A stretch of 64,000 bases of DNA from Armatimonadota bacterium. Its GTDB lineage: Bacteria; Armatimonadota; UBA10988. The position numbers and the translations under genes were made by a program. The stretch spans positions 27,913 through 91,912 of the forward strand of contig JACRKZ010000069.1 in NCBI GenBank assembly GCA_016235455.1. The letters are read 5' to 3'. Below are positions 55,294 through 64,000 of the stretch, piece after piece; the stretch's first letter is position 1; each line of letters starts with the position of its first letter. The notes below the pieces were generated by a model. It ran no database searches. It saw only the letters and a list, made by a program, of their open reading frames with translations, and was not told the DNA's origin.

Positions 55294-56541
55294 TCAGAGG
55301 ACGCTGCGGGCATCCTCGCGCTTGAGGTCCGCGTCGACATGGCCGTCGAACGCGTTGTTGCTGATGCTGATACGATCGGTCTGCGCACCGAGCCAGACGC
55401 CAACCACCTGCCGACCACTCTTGGTGCAGGTGATCTGGTTGTTCTCGATGGACAGGTTGGTGGTGGCGCCTTCGACGCGGATGCCGCAGCCGTCGGCGCG
55501 GCGGCGGCCGTTGTCGGTGATGGTGTTGCGGCGGACAATGCAGCGGTGCGCGGCGAGTTCGACCCGCTCGGACCGGAACAGGATGCCGTGGCTGCCGTTG
55601 GACAGGATGCGGTTGCCGTCGATCAGGTTCTCGGTGTCCTTGTGGCCGATGGACAGGCCGCAGCGGCCATTGCTCTCCAGCAGGTTGTCCGCGAACACGC
55701 CGTGCCGCACCCGCCAGCAGACAAACAGGCCGTCCTGACCATTGTGATGCGCATGGCAACCGACGACGCGGGGCCGCTGCGAGCCGGAGCCTGGATGCAG
55801 GCCGAGGCCGGTGCAGTCACTGACCTCGCACTCCTCCACCACTACGTCGTGGCTGGTCTGGAAGCTGATGCCGTCGCCGTTGAAATCCTTGATCTGCAGC
55901 CGGCGCAGGGCCAGGCTGCGCGAGCGGTAGGTATAGACCGCGCCGCCGCGGCAGCCGTTGAGCGCGGGGTTGGTGACCTTGTTGCCCTCGATGACCAGGT
56001 TCTCGACGGTGCAGCGCTCCACGCCGACCATCTCCACCACCGGGAAGATGTGGCGTGCCCAGGCGCCGCGTTCGAGCAGCACGTCGCGGCCGGTCAACGG
56101 GCGGTCGAGCACCACGGCGCCCTCGCGCACGCCTACCACGGTGGCCACGATGTCGTCCCAGCCGCTCGTGGCGTCGTCGCCCACGGTGATGCCCATGCCC
56201 ACGCGCCAGCGATCGGGCTCGGCCACATAGATGCGTGACTCGCCGTAGTCGGCATCGGTCAGCAGCGCCATCTCGAAGCCGTTGCTCTTGCGCAATACGA
56301 CGCCGGGCCCGATGCCGCGCAGCGTGATGCCCGAACGCAGCTTGACGCGGTCGTGGCATTCATACACACCGGGCAGCACGCGCACCACGCCGCCGCCCAA
56401 CCCGGCAACGAAGTCGATGGCGGCCTGGATGACGCGGTGGTCGGTGCCGCGCAGATCACCGCCCTGCTGGCCGACGGTCACCTCGGCGCTGGGCTCGAAC
56501 GGCTCGGGGAACACCGCCTGGTCATGGGGAAGGTCGCGCAT
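55294..56541 (-). CDS. Right-handed parallel beta-helix protein (pectin lyase fold)
   Basis: IQAAID...GGGVV.V.PGVY N-cap, repeated GDGI/GLGL/NG.DGL/NGRCGL/NGSHGI coils. Confidence 0.8.
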   Translation of the reverse strand: MRDLPHDQAVFPEPFEPSAEVTVGQQGGDLRGTDHRVIQAAIDFVAGLGGGVVRVLPGVYECHDRVKLRSGITLRGIGPGVVLRKSNGFEMALLTDADYGESRIYVAEPDRWRVGMGITVGDDATSGWDDIVATVVGVREGAVVLDRPLTGRDVLLERGAWARHIFPVVEMVGVERCTVENLVIEGNKVTNPALNGCRGGAVYTYRSRSLALRRLQIKDFNGDGISFQTSHDVVVEECEVSDCTGLGLHPGSGSQRPRVVGCHAHHNGQDGLFVCWRVRHGVFADNLLESNGRCGLSIGHKDTENLIDGNRILSNGSHGILFRSERVELAAHRCIVRRNTITDNGRRRADGCGIRVEGATTNLSIENNQITCTKSGRQVVGVWLGAQTDRISISNNAFDGHVDADLKREDARSVL

Positions 56542-56563
56542 CGGACACCTGCCTCGCCCTCGG

Positions 56564-56592
56564 ATTATGGCGTGGCCGGGCCTCGTGGTCAA
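56564..56592 (-). promoter_or_regulatory. Sigma70 promoter of the beta-helix operon
   Basis: TTGACC-17 nt-CATAAT about 22 nt upstream of ATG 56541. Confidence 0.6.
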
Positions 56593-56646
56593 GGCGCGCG
56601 GAGGATCCGTGCCGCGCCCGGCGTAGTGGCGCGCTGGAGGGCTCTT

Positions 56647-57876
56647 GTGACGGGACTCACGCCGTACTGCGCGGTGCTGTGCTTGCTCGCCGGTCCGGCC
56701 CGCGCGGCCGCCGAGCCACAGTTCCTGGTGCTCAACCTGACGCCTGGCCACGCCTGGCACCAGTCGCGACCCGACACGCTGGCGCCCGACCATCTGGCCG
56801 AGTTGCGCGCCAAGCTGCCGTTCGACCACCGCGGACCCATCCGGCTGGCGACCAGCTACATCTTCTCGTACCTGAACAGCGCGTCGGACGCGACCTTCGA
56901 CGACGCGTTACGGCGCTGCCTGGCGACGGCGGTCGAGACCGACACACCCATTCTCATCGCGCTGGACGGCGAGAACTGGTGGGACGCGCGGCCCGACCTG
57001 TGGAACTGGTGGGATCCCGCCAAGCCCGGCTACAACCCCGAGAACGCACGCAACGTCGAGTGGACCGGGCCGGGCCCGGAGCACGCGGTGAAGCTGGCTT
57101 GGCGTAACTGGGGCCGGCAGCTGCGCGTCTGCCCGCCGCCGAACCTGATGAGCCCGCGCTACCGGGCTGCCTGCGCCGAGCAGATGCGCCGCATCGTGCC
57201 CATCATCGCGGCCTGGAGCCAGGCGCTGCCCGCCGCCCGCCGCGACCTGTTCGTCGGCATCAAGCTGGGCTGGGAGAGCTCCATTGGCGTCAACGCCTGG
57301 CACTACCCCGGCGGCAACGACCTGCTCGATCGCGACCCCAAGGATGATCCCCAGACCGGGCTGAACACCGACCTCCTGCCTAGCCGCGGCGTCGCGACGC
57401 TGGGCTATGCGGCGGTGGCTACGGCCGGTCTGCGCACCGACGGTCAGGTGACCGAGGCTGACCAGGCCGAAGTGGTGCGGCGCCATCTGGCCGATCTCTG
57501 CCGGCAGGCGCGCGAGCTGGGCCTGCCACGGGACAAGGTGTTCACCCACGGCGTGGGCTGGAAGCGCGACGAACTGCTCTATCGGGCGGCGGTCAACGCC
57601 GACTCGTGCCCCGGCTGGAGTTCTTACCATCATGCCGCCGATCCGGCCCGCGATCCTGGTGTCCAGAGCGGGCTGGCCCAGTCGGACGCGCCGGGTTGGG
57701 CGGTGGCCGAGTGGCTGTTGGGCGGCCCGCTTCAGATTGAGCCGTGGCATCGTGCCATGGAGGCTACGTTTGCCGAGCCCAAGTGCCGATACCTCTGTGT
57801 CTACAACTGGGAGAGCATCCGCACCGCCGAGCCGGTGCTCGAGGCGATCCGGCAGTTGGTGACCGCGCCGCGCTGA
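56647..57876 (+). CDS. Secreted hypothetical protein, possible glycoside hydrolase TIM barrel
   Basis: GTG after GGAGG, signal peptide ending ARA, Trp-rich, KLGWESSIG and WAVAEW Glu pair, VYNW. Confidence 0.6.
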   Translation: MTGLTPYCAVLCLLAGPARAAAEPQFLVLNLTPGHAWHQSRPDTLAPDHLAELRAKLPFDHRGPIRLATSYIFSYLNSASDATFDDALRRCLATAVETDTPILIALDGENWWDARPDLWNWWDPAKPGYNPENARNVEWTGPGPEHAVKLAWRNWGRQLRVCPPPNLMSPRYRAACAEQMRRIVPIIAAWSQALPAARRDLFVGIKLGWESSIGVNAWHYPGGNDLLDRDPKDDPQTGLNTDLLPSRGVATLGYAAVATAGLRTDGQVTEADQAEVVRRHLADLCRQARELGLPRDKVFTHGVGWKRDELLYRAAVNADSCPGWSSYHHAADPARDPGVQSGLAQSDAPGWAVAEWLLGGPLQIEPWHRAMEATFAEPKCRYLCVYNWESIRTAEPVLEAIRQLVTAPR

Positions 57877-57898
57877 CGGGCGAGCGAGGAATAGGCGT

Positions 57899-60800
57899 AT
57901 GACCCATCTGCTGACCGATCTCATCGATCCCGTCCGCTTCTCGGAGCGGGTGCGCCGGCTCAGTGAGCGGTTGGGTGCGCCGGTGGGTCTTGTCGAGCGC
58001 GATGGCGTGCCGTTGGTGTCGTCCGGTCAAGCTGCGGTCTGTCGAGACCACCTGTGCCTGGCGCCGTCCACGCGCACCCTCTGCGCCCAGCACAGCCGCC
58101 GCCTGTGCGAGCGCGCCGCGCGGGCCGCGGTCGACGGGGTCTGCCCCAACGGCCTGTGTGAGATCGGCATACCCATCGTGGCCGACGGCGAGGCCGTCGG
58201 TTCGGTGATCATTGGCCCGTATGCGCGCTCGGCGCACTTGATGGACCTGTCGCAGGCCGCGATCTGGGCGGCCGAACAGGGCTTGGACGTGCCCGCCTTC
58301 TGCGCCGCGCTGGCCGCGGTGCCGCAGCTCGACGACGCACGCGCGGACCAGGTGCGCGCCGCCGCGACGGTCCTGGCCGGAGAGGTGGCGGCCGCCGCGG
58401 CCCAGGCCCTGGCCGCCGGCACGGCCGCGCCGGACCTGGCCGGCGCTGACCAGCGCCGCGGCGACCTCGACCCAAGCGGTGAACCCGCGCTGCGCGGTGA
58501 ACCCGCGCTGCGTGATGTGCTCGACGCCATCGACGAGTTGCTGCCCATCAGCGATCTGGATACGCTCGCGCGGCGCGCCGTGGACCTGGCGCGCGCACGG
58601 CTGGGTGTCGAGCGCATCGGTCTGTTCCTACGCGAGGGCCACGCCTTGCGCGGCACCTACGGCACCAACCTGGCCGGTGAGACCGTCGACGAATCGGGCC
58701 ACTTGGAGGTGGGCGGCATCGTGGTCGAGATGGGTCGGCCGGGCCAGCGCGGCTGGCGCACGGCCGACACCGACCAGTTCGTCAGCACCGGCGGCACACG
58801 CCAGTGGATCGGCACCAGTTGGATCGGCGTCACGCCGATGCAGGTCGAGGGCGAGGCCATCGGCGTGCTCACCAACGACGCCGCCATCTCGGGCGCGCCG
58901 CTCGATGCCGCGCTGCAGGACCGGCTGGCCGTCTTCGCCTCGTTGCTTGGCCCGCTCATCGTGCGACTGCGCAACGAGTTGGCCGAGAAGGGCCACGCGC
59001 GGCTGACCGCGGCGCTGACCGCGGCGGATAGCGTCCTGGAGATCGCCGAGGCCACAGCTCATGCCTGTGACGAACTGTTTGGCTACGACTGCTTCCTGAT
59101 GGCCGTGCGTACCGCCGACGGCGAGCACCTCGAACTGCCCTTCATCATCGACAAGGTGGGCGACGAGCGTGTCCGGTTCGACGGCGAGTTGCTGCCGCTG
59201 GGCATTTACGACGCCCGTCTGCCCGACGTGGTGGCCGGCGCGCCACGGCTGATCAACCGCGAGCCCGGGTACGATGGTCCAGCACTGAGCGCGGTCGGCG
59301 CCACCGATCGACGCTCGCAGAGCATCATCTTCGCCCCCATTCTGCTGGCGGGTGAGTTTGGCGGCCTGGTCTCGGTGCAGTCGTACCAGACCAGCCGCTT
59401 CGACCAGCCTGATGTGCGCCGCCTGGTGCGCGTGGCCGAGACCGTGGCTCCGGCCCTGGGTCGGGCCTACGCCACCGAGCGCCTACGCCTCGTCCAGGCC
59501 CACCAGCAGGCCCTCCTTGAGGCTTCGCCGGACCCGTACTTCGTGCATGATCGCGAGGGCCGCTTCCTGGCCATCCACGCGCCCGACCGGCTGCGGCTGT
59601 ACCAGACGGCCGAACTCGTCGGCCGCACGGTCCACGACGTGTTCGACGAACCCACGGCTCAGGTCATCCTGGACGCCGTGCGCCGGACTATCGATGAGCA
59701 GTCCAGTCTGATCGTCGAGTACCGCCTGGAGCGCGGCGGGCGCGAGGTGTGGTACGAGGGCCGCACGGCGCCCATGGGTGAGCTCTGCGCGTGGCTCGCC
59801 TGCGATATCACGGCTCGTCGACAGGCCGAGGCGGAGCGCCGCGAGCTCGAGGCGCAACTGCTCCAAGCTACCAAGATGGAGGCGGTGGGCCAGTTGGCCG
59901 GTGGCGTGGCGCACGACTTCAACAACCTCCTGACGACCATCACCGGCTACGCCGACCTGCTGCGCGACGCGCTCGCCGGCAGCGAACTCGAGGCTGATGT
60001 CGACGAGGTGCTGAAGGCCAGCGCACGCGCCAGCCTGCTCACCAAGCAGTTGCTGGCCTTCAGCCGGCGGCAGGTGTTCCGCCGCGAGGTGTTCGACCTG
60101 GGCGAGGTGGTCACCGACCTCAACGGTATGCTGAGTCGTCTCATCGGCGCCGATGTCGAACTGACCGCGGAGCTCTGTGCCGAGCCGCTGTTCGTGGCCG
60201 CCGACCGCGGCCAGGTGGAGCAGGTCATCGTCAACCTGGCCGTCAACGCGCGCGACGCCATGCCGCGTGGTGGCCGGCTCACCTTGCGCACCAGCTACCG
60301 CGATCTCGGCGCCGAGGCGGTGCGCGCCTGGCCGGAGGTGGCGCCCGGCGGCTACGCGGTGCTCGATGTCGTCGACACCGGCTGCGGCATGGACGCCGAC
60401 ACGCTGGCCAGGGCCTTCGAGCCGTTCTTCACCACCAAGCCGCGCGGTGCCGGCACCGGCCTGGGGCTCTCCACGGTCTACGGCATCGTGCATCAGAGCG
60501 CCGGCCACGTCACCTGCGACAGCCAGCCGGGTCAGGGCACGCGGTTCACCGTCTACCTGCCGCGCAACGAGGACGGCCAGCCCGCCGCTCCGGCGGATGC
60601 TCCGCTGGCCCCAGCCGGCGGGCGCGAGACGATCCTGCTGGTCGAAGACGAGCCGGCGGTCCGTGCGCTGGCCCGCCGCGTGTTGGTCGGCGCGGGCTAC
60701 CGGGTGCTCGAGGCCGCCGACGGACACCAGGCACTGCGCCTGGCCGCCGAGGCCCAGACGCACATCGACCTGCTGTTGACCGACGTGATGATGCCGGGCA

Positions 60801-60991
60801 TGAATGGCCATCAACTTGCCGAGCGGATGCAGGCCGAGCAGCCGGACTTGCTGGTGCTCTACATCTCCGGCTACTCCGAGGCCGTGCTGACCCGCCGCGG
60901 GGCCTTGGCGCCGGGCACGCAGTTGCTCGCCAAACCCTTCTCGCCGCGCGTGCTGCTGACCAGGCTGCGCGGGCTGCTCGACAGTCGCTGA
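57899..60991 (+). CDS. Soluble hybrid histidine kinase PocR-GAF-GAF-PAS-HisKA-HATPase-REC
   Basis: PocR Cys pattern (C..C..CPNGL.E..IPI), [44 protein letters not shown] and LLLTDVMMP. Confidence 0.92.
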   Translation: MTHLLTDLIDPVRFSERVRRLSERLGAPVGLVERDGVPLVSSGQAAVCRDHLCLAPSTRTLCAQHSRRLCERAARAAVDGVCPNGLCEIGIPIVADGEAVGSVIIGPYARSAHLMDLSQAAIWAAEQGLDVPAFCAALAAVPQLDDARADQVRAAATVLAGEVAAAAAQALAAGTAAPDLAGADQRRGDLDPSGEPALRGEPALRDVLDAIDELLPISDLDTLARRAVDLARARLGVERIGLFLREGHALRGTYGTNLAGETVDESGHLEVGGIVVEMGRPGQRGWRTADTDQFVSTGGTRQWIGTSWIGVTPMQVEGEAIGVLTNDAAISGAPLDAALQDRLAVFASLLGPLIVRLRNELAEKGHARLTAALTAADSVLEIAEATAHACDELFGYDCFLMAVRTADGEHLELPFIIDKVGDERVRFDGELLPLGIYDARLPDVVAGAPRLINREPGYDGPALSAVGATDRRSQSIIFAPILLAGEFGGLVSVQSYQTSRFDQPDVRRLVRVAETVAPALGRAYATERLRLVQAHQQALLEASPDPYFVHDREGRFLAIHAPDRLRLYQTAELVGRTVHDVFDEPTAQVILDAVRRTIDEQSSLIVEYRLERGGREVWYEGRTAPMGELCAWLACDITARRQAEAERRELEAQLLQATKMEAVGQLAGGVAHDFNNLLTTITGYADLLRDALAGSELEADVDEVLKASARASLLTKQLLAFSRRQVFRREVFDLGEVVTDLNGMLSRLIGADVELTAELCAEPLFVAADRGQVEQVIVNLAVNARDAMPRGGRLTLRTSYRDLGAEAVRAWPEVAPGGYAVLDVVDTGCGMDADTLARAFEPFFTTKPRGAGTGLGLSTVYGIVHQSAGHVTCDSQPGQGTRFTVYLPRNEDGQPAAPADAPLAPAGGRETILLVEDEPAVRALARRVLVGAGYRVLEAADGHQALRLAAEAQTHIDLLLTDVMMPGMNGHQLAERMQAEQPDLLVLYISGYSEAVLTRRGALAPGTQLLAKPFSPRVLLTRLRGLLDSR

Positions 60992-61055
60992 GCGGCTGGC
61001 GGCAGGAGGGGCGGGCCGGGGCGGCGAAGCTGACGGGCAGCAGAGAGGTCTTGCC

Positions 61056-62156
61056 ATGGATGGTGTATGCCAGAGTTGTGGTGCGGTCGTGGCCGCCGCG
61101 AGCGCTACCGGTCACGTACGCAAGTGCTACGCCGCCCATGTGCCGGCGAGCGCCGAGCCCACGCCGGCGCTGCATCTGGTCGTCAAGGATCGCTACAATC
61201 CAGACTACTGGCTGCATCTGCTGGTGCCGGCAGAGGAGTCGCTGTACGCACTCGATGCCTACCTCAGAGGCATCTGGGTCCAATGCTGCGGCCATCTGAG
61301 CGAGTTCCGCACCAAGGACGCCGTCTACGATTCCGAGCCGGACGACGACATGCCGTCGTCGTCCGCCGGCATGCCCGACGACCTGAAGCGCGCCTTCGAG
61401 TTGCTCGGCGTCGACCCCCGCTCGATGCCGGCCCTGCGCGGCCGGCCAGCGCAGCGCGACATGGCCTGCGCCGTGGGCGAAGCGCTGCCCCGGGGCGCCA
61501 AGGCCAACTATACCTACGATTTCGGGTCCAGCACGGAACTGACCATCGAGACCAAGGCGGCAGCCGATCTGCCTATGCGCACGCCAGCCAGCATCGTCTT
61601 GCTGGCTCGCAACAACCCGCCCGACCGCCCCTGTGCCGAGTGCGGCCAACCGGCCAAGCGGGTCTGCGCCTACTGCCTGTATGAAGGTGGCTGGTACTGC
61701 GAAGCCTGCTCGGTTGACCATGAGTGTGGCGACGAGGCACTGCTACCGGTGGTCAACTCGCCGCGCGTGGGCGTCTGCGGCTACGGCGGACCGGCCGATC
61801 CGCCCGTGGCCAGGTATGACGACGAGGTGCCGGCGGCCCAGCAGTTGCTGTACCAGGCGGCGACCGCCTGCCTGACCGCCTTCTGCGATGAGCACCTGCC
61901 CGACTTCAGGGAGGTGGCGCGCCACGTCCTGCTGGATGCGGCCTGTGGCGGCTTGCTGGCCACGCAGCCGGCGACCGCCGAGGTGTGGGCCGCCGCGACG
62001 CTTGGCACGGTGGCCAAACGGTACTCGGTCTACAACCCCTCCTGGCCCAAGGGCATGACCGCCGGCCGCATCGCCGACCGGTTCGACGTGCCCCGCCTGG
62101 TCGCCAGCCGGCTGGCCAGGACGATGGCCGAGGCGCCGCCCGACGACGATCAGTAG
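61056..62156 (+). CDS. pRiA4b ORF3-like protein with Cys-rich zinc-finger region and C-terminal helical domain
   Basis: LD.YLR.IW..CCGHLSEF, YTYDFGSST, CAEC..CAYC..CEAC..HEC and PVVNSPRVGVCGY. Confidence 0.65.
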   Translation: MDGVCQSCGAVVAAASATGHVRKCYAAHVPASAEPTPALHLVVKDRYNPDYWLHLLVPAEESLYALDAYLRGIWVQCCGHLSEFRTKDAVYDSEPDDDMPSSSAGMPDDLKRAFELLGVDPRSMPALRGRPAQRDMACAVGEALPRGAKANYTYDFGSSTELTIETKAAADLPMRTPASIVLLARNNPPDRPCAECGQPAKRVCAYCLYEGGWYCEACSVDHECGDEALLPVVNSPRVGVCGYGGPADPPVARYDDEVPAAQQLLYQAATACLTAFCDEHLPDFREVARHVLLDAACGGLLATQPATAEVWAAATLGTVAKRYSVYNPSWPKGMTAGRIADRFDVPRLVASRLARTMAEAPPDDDQ

Positions 62157-63763
62157 GCCCCTGGCCGCGCATTGACGCGCGTCGTACCGTCGCGCGCCAG
62201 CGGCACGCTGTTGGCCAGCAGCCCACTGGGCACCAGCGGCGTGGTCGGCGCATCGCCCCAGCCGAAGCTCGGCAAGGCGACACCACGCGCCGTGGCCACG
62301 TTGCCGCCGTTGGTCGGCCGGTAGTCGCCCGCCGCCGGTGCGCGCAGTTGCGGCTCGGCGACGTTGATGGTGTTGCCCGCCAGCACGGCCGCCCCATCGA
62401 TGTGCGTCGCATTGTCCAGCCCGAGCGGCAGGTCGGCCGGCCCATTGAAGACGATGTTGCCCGCGATGCGCACATCGTCGTCCGCCAGCGATGGGTTGGG
62501 CACGTTCTGGAACTCGCCACCAGGCACCGCGGGCGGATGGGCATCGAAGTGCTGGTCCATGGTGCGGGTACCGGCCGGGTTGTAGAACAGGTTGTTGTAG
62601 ACGAAGACGTGCTTGTTGGGGATGATCTCGTTGGTCGCGTTGGGGTTGGCCACGGCCGTGCCCCAGGCGCCCAGGCCCAAAAGGCGCTGGCACTCAGCCA
62701 CGTTGCCGTCACAGCTGCGACTGCCATGCACGAACTGCGCCAGGACATAGCCGCGTTGGGTGCTGATGCCCACGCGGTAGAGCGTGTTGTGAGCGAAAAG
62801 GATGTTGTAGCCGCCCGCCGCGCTGAGCCCGACACCCTCGATGTCGTGCAGCACGTTGTTGACCACCTTGATGTCATAGGCCTCGTAGTGCAGCCACGGC
62901 GCCACCATGAACTCCAGGCCCGCGCCCTCGCCGGTCTGCAGGCCCAGGCCGCAATGGTCCAGTTCGTTGCCTTCGATGCGCAGATAGGCGGAGCCGCCCT
63001 TGGCATAGCAGGCCCACTCGCCGCCGTCGTGGATGCGGTTGGCCAGCAGGTGTCCGTATTGCGTCGAGACGAAGTCGACCACTGCCTGGTACGATCCAGA
63101 GATGTCGCAGTCCTCGACGTACAGACCGCGGCACTGGTTGGCCTTGAGGACCTCCTGGAAGTCCGCGGGTACCAGACCGGTGATGGTGCAGCCGCGCACC
63201 AACACGTGGTCGCCGGCCTCCAGGTGCAGCACGTTGTTGCCCCAACCGTTGGCCCCACCGCCGGCGGCCAGAGTGAGGTTGAGCAGGTACAGGTAGCGCA
63301 CATTGCGCAGGTTCAGCCCGCCAGCGATGGTCGCCGTGCCAGCCCCATTGGCCGCCTGCAGGATGAGTGGATGGGCCGCCGAGGCGAGTCGGTCGGCGTA
63401 GTCGTTGAAGTGCGCTTCGTCATACGGATAGACGCCCGGCAGCAGGTTGATGCGCCAACCGGTCGTCGCGAAGCTGGCGGCCATGTCCCACGCCGCGGCC
63501 AAGGTGCGCAACGGTGCCTGCCGTGTGCGGCCGGCGTTGGAGTCGTTGCCGGTCGGGCTGAGCCAGATGTCGGTCATCGGCGTGGGGCTGCCGATGTTAA
63601 AGCGCGCACCCGTGGGCAACACTGCCGGGCCCGCGGCGCCACCACCACCACCGCCGCCACCGCCGCCGCCGCCCCCTCCACCACCACCTGTCTGGCTTCC
63701 GCCGCAGGCGACGAGGACGAACAGAGAGACCAACGCGCAGAACATAGGGAGTCGGCACCGCAT
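62150..63763 (-). CDS. Lipoprotein with right-handed beta-helix (DUF1565/pectate lyase-like)
   Basis: Lipobox LVAC, poly-Gly linker, SPTGNDSNAG...PLRTL, repeated NRIHD/NVLH/HNTL/NNLF coils. Confidence 0.78.
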   Translation of the reverse strand: MRCRLPMFCALVSLFVLVACGGSQTGGGGGGGGGGGGGGGGGAAGPAVLPTGARFNIGSPTPMTDIWLSPTGNDSNAGRTRQAPLRTLAAAWDMAASFATTGWRINLLPGVYPYDEAHFNDYADRLASAAHPLILQAANGAGTATIAGGLNLRNVRYLYLLNLTLAAGGGANGWGNNVLHLEAGDHVLVRGCTITGLVPADFQEVLKANQCRGLYVEDCDISGSYQAVVDFVSTQYGHLLANRIHDGGEWACYAKGGSAYLRIEGNELDHCGLGLQTGEGAGLEFMVAPWLHYEAYDIKVVNNVLHDIEGVGLSAAGGYNILFAHNTLYRVGISTQRGYVLAQFVHGSRSCDGNVAECQRLLGLGAWGTAVANPNATNEIIPNKHVFVYNNLFYNPAGTRTMDQHFDAHPPAVPGGEFQNVPNPSLADDDVRIAGNIVFNGPADLPLGLDNATHIDGAAVLAGNTINVAEPQLRAPAAGDYRPTNGGNVATARGVALPSFGWGDAPTTPLVPSGLLANSVPLARDGTTRVNARPGAY

Positions 63764-64000
63764 GGCTGATAGCCCTTCTGACGACGCTACAGGCATACCA
63801 CATCGCTGAGGCCGCTGCCGCCACGGCGAGTCGCGCTTGTGACGTGTGTATGAACCAATCCGCTTGGCAGGCCCTAGCGCGGCGGCGGCAGAGCGCCGAG
63901 ATAAGGTCTAGGCGACACATGGATGACCGGCTTGGGCCGGCACGGGGGCATTGCGCGCCGGGCATATGACACGAGTGTGAACGGAGGGTGCGATGCGACA

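Noticed and set aside
63635-63692. CCA/CCG triplet run as a contingency microsatellite
   Set aside because: It is an in-frame poly-Gly linker with mixed codons after a lipobox.
63993-64000. ATG after GGAGG at the window edge
   Set aside because: Likely a gene start, but too little sequence remains to call.

Overview
High-GC (roughly 70% by eye) bacterial chromosomal segment with about 47 credible CDSs. The many long antisense ORFs in the track are GC-rich shadows. I see no rRNA, tRNA, CRISPR array or transposase. A secretin and lipoproteins point to a diderm cell, and a GAAC-N4-GTTC-like SOS box would fit a Terrabacteria lineage such as Armatimonadota (inference only). Main blocks: (1) 0.1-28.5 kb is a carbohydrate-catabolism region with GH2, GH106, Gfo/Idh/MocA oxidoreductases, a VOC-dhaK-dhaL-lsrF-D-lyxose-isomerase operon, a divergent beta-propeller/di-heme cytochrome c plus FkbO/Hyg5-like pair, and a corrinoid protein plus UroD/MtaA-methyltransferase-thioredoxin fusion. 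(2) 31-41 kb is a type II secretion gene cluster (G,H,I,J,K,L,M,C-like,D) without gspE/F/O. (3) 41-64 kb is a mix of queE, GH2, DUF1015, a fused hydrolase-2/hydrolase-1 protein, an ABC ATPase, an Mrr_N protein plus orphan m6A methyltransferase, beta-helix proteins and a PocR hybrid kinase. The best candidate for an undescribed system is a B12-dependent pathway that releases, demethylates and catabolises O-methylated (deoxy)sugars, with accessory di-heme and enol-ether-hydrolase-like enzymes. Other notable items are two degenerate P-loop ATPases, three unrelated REP-like palindromes, a direct-repeat activator site, an SOS box and leaderless promoters.
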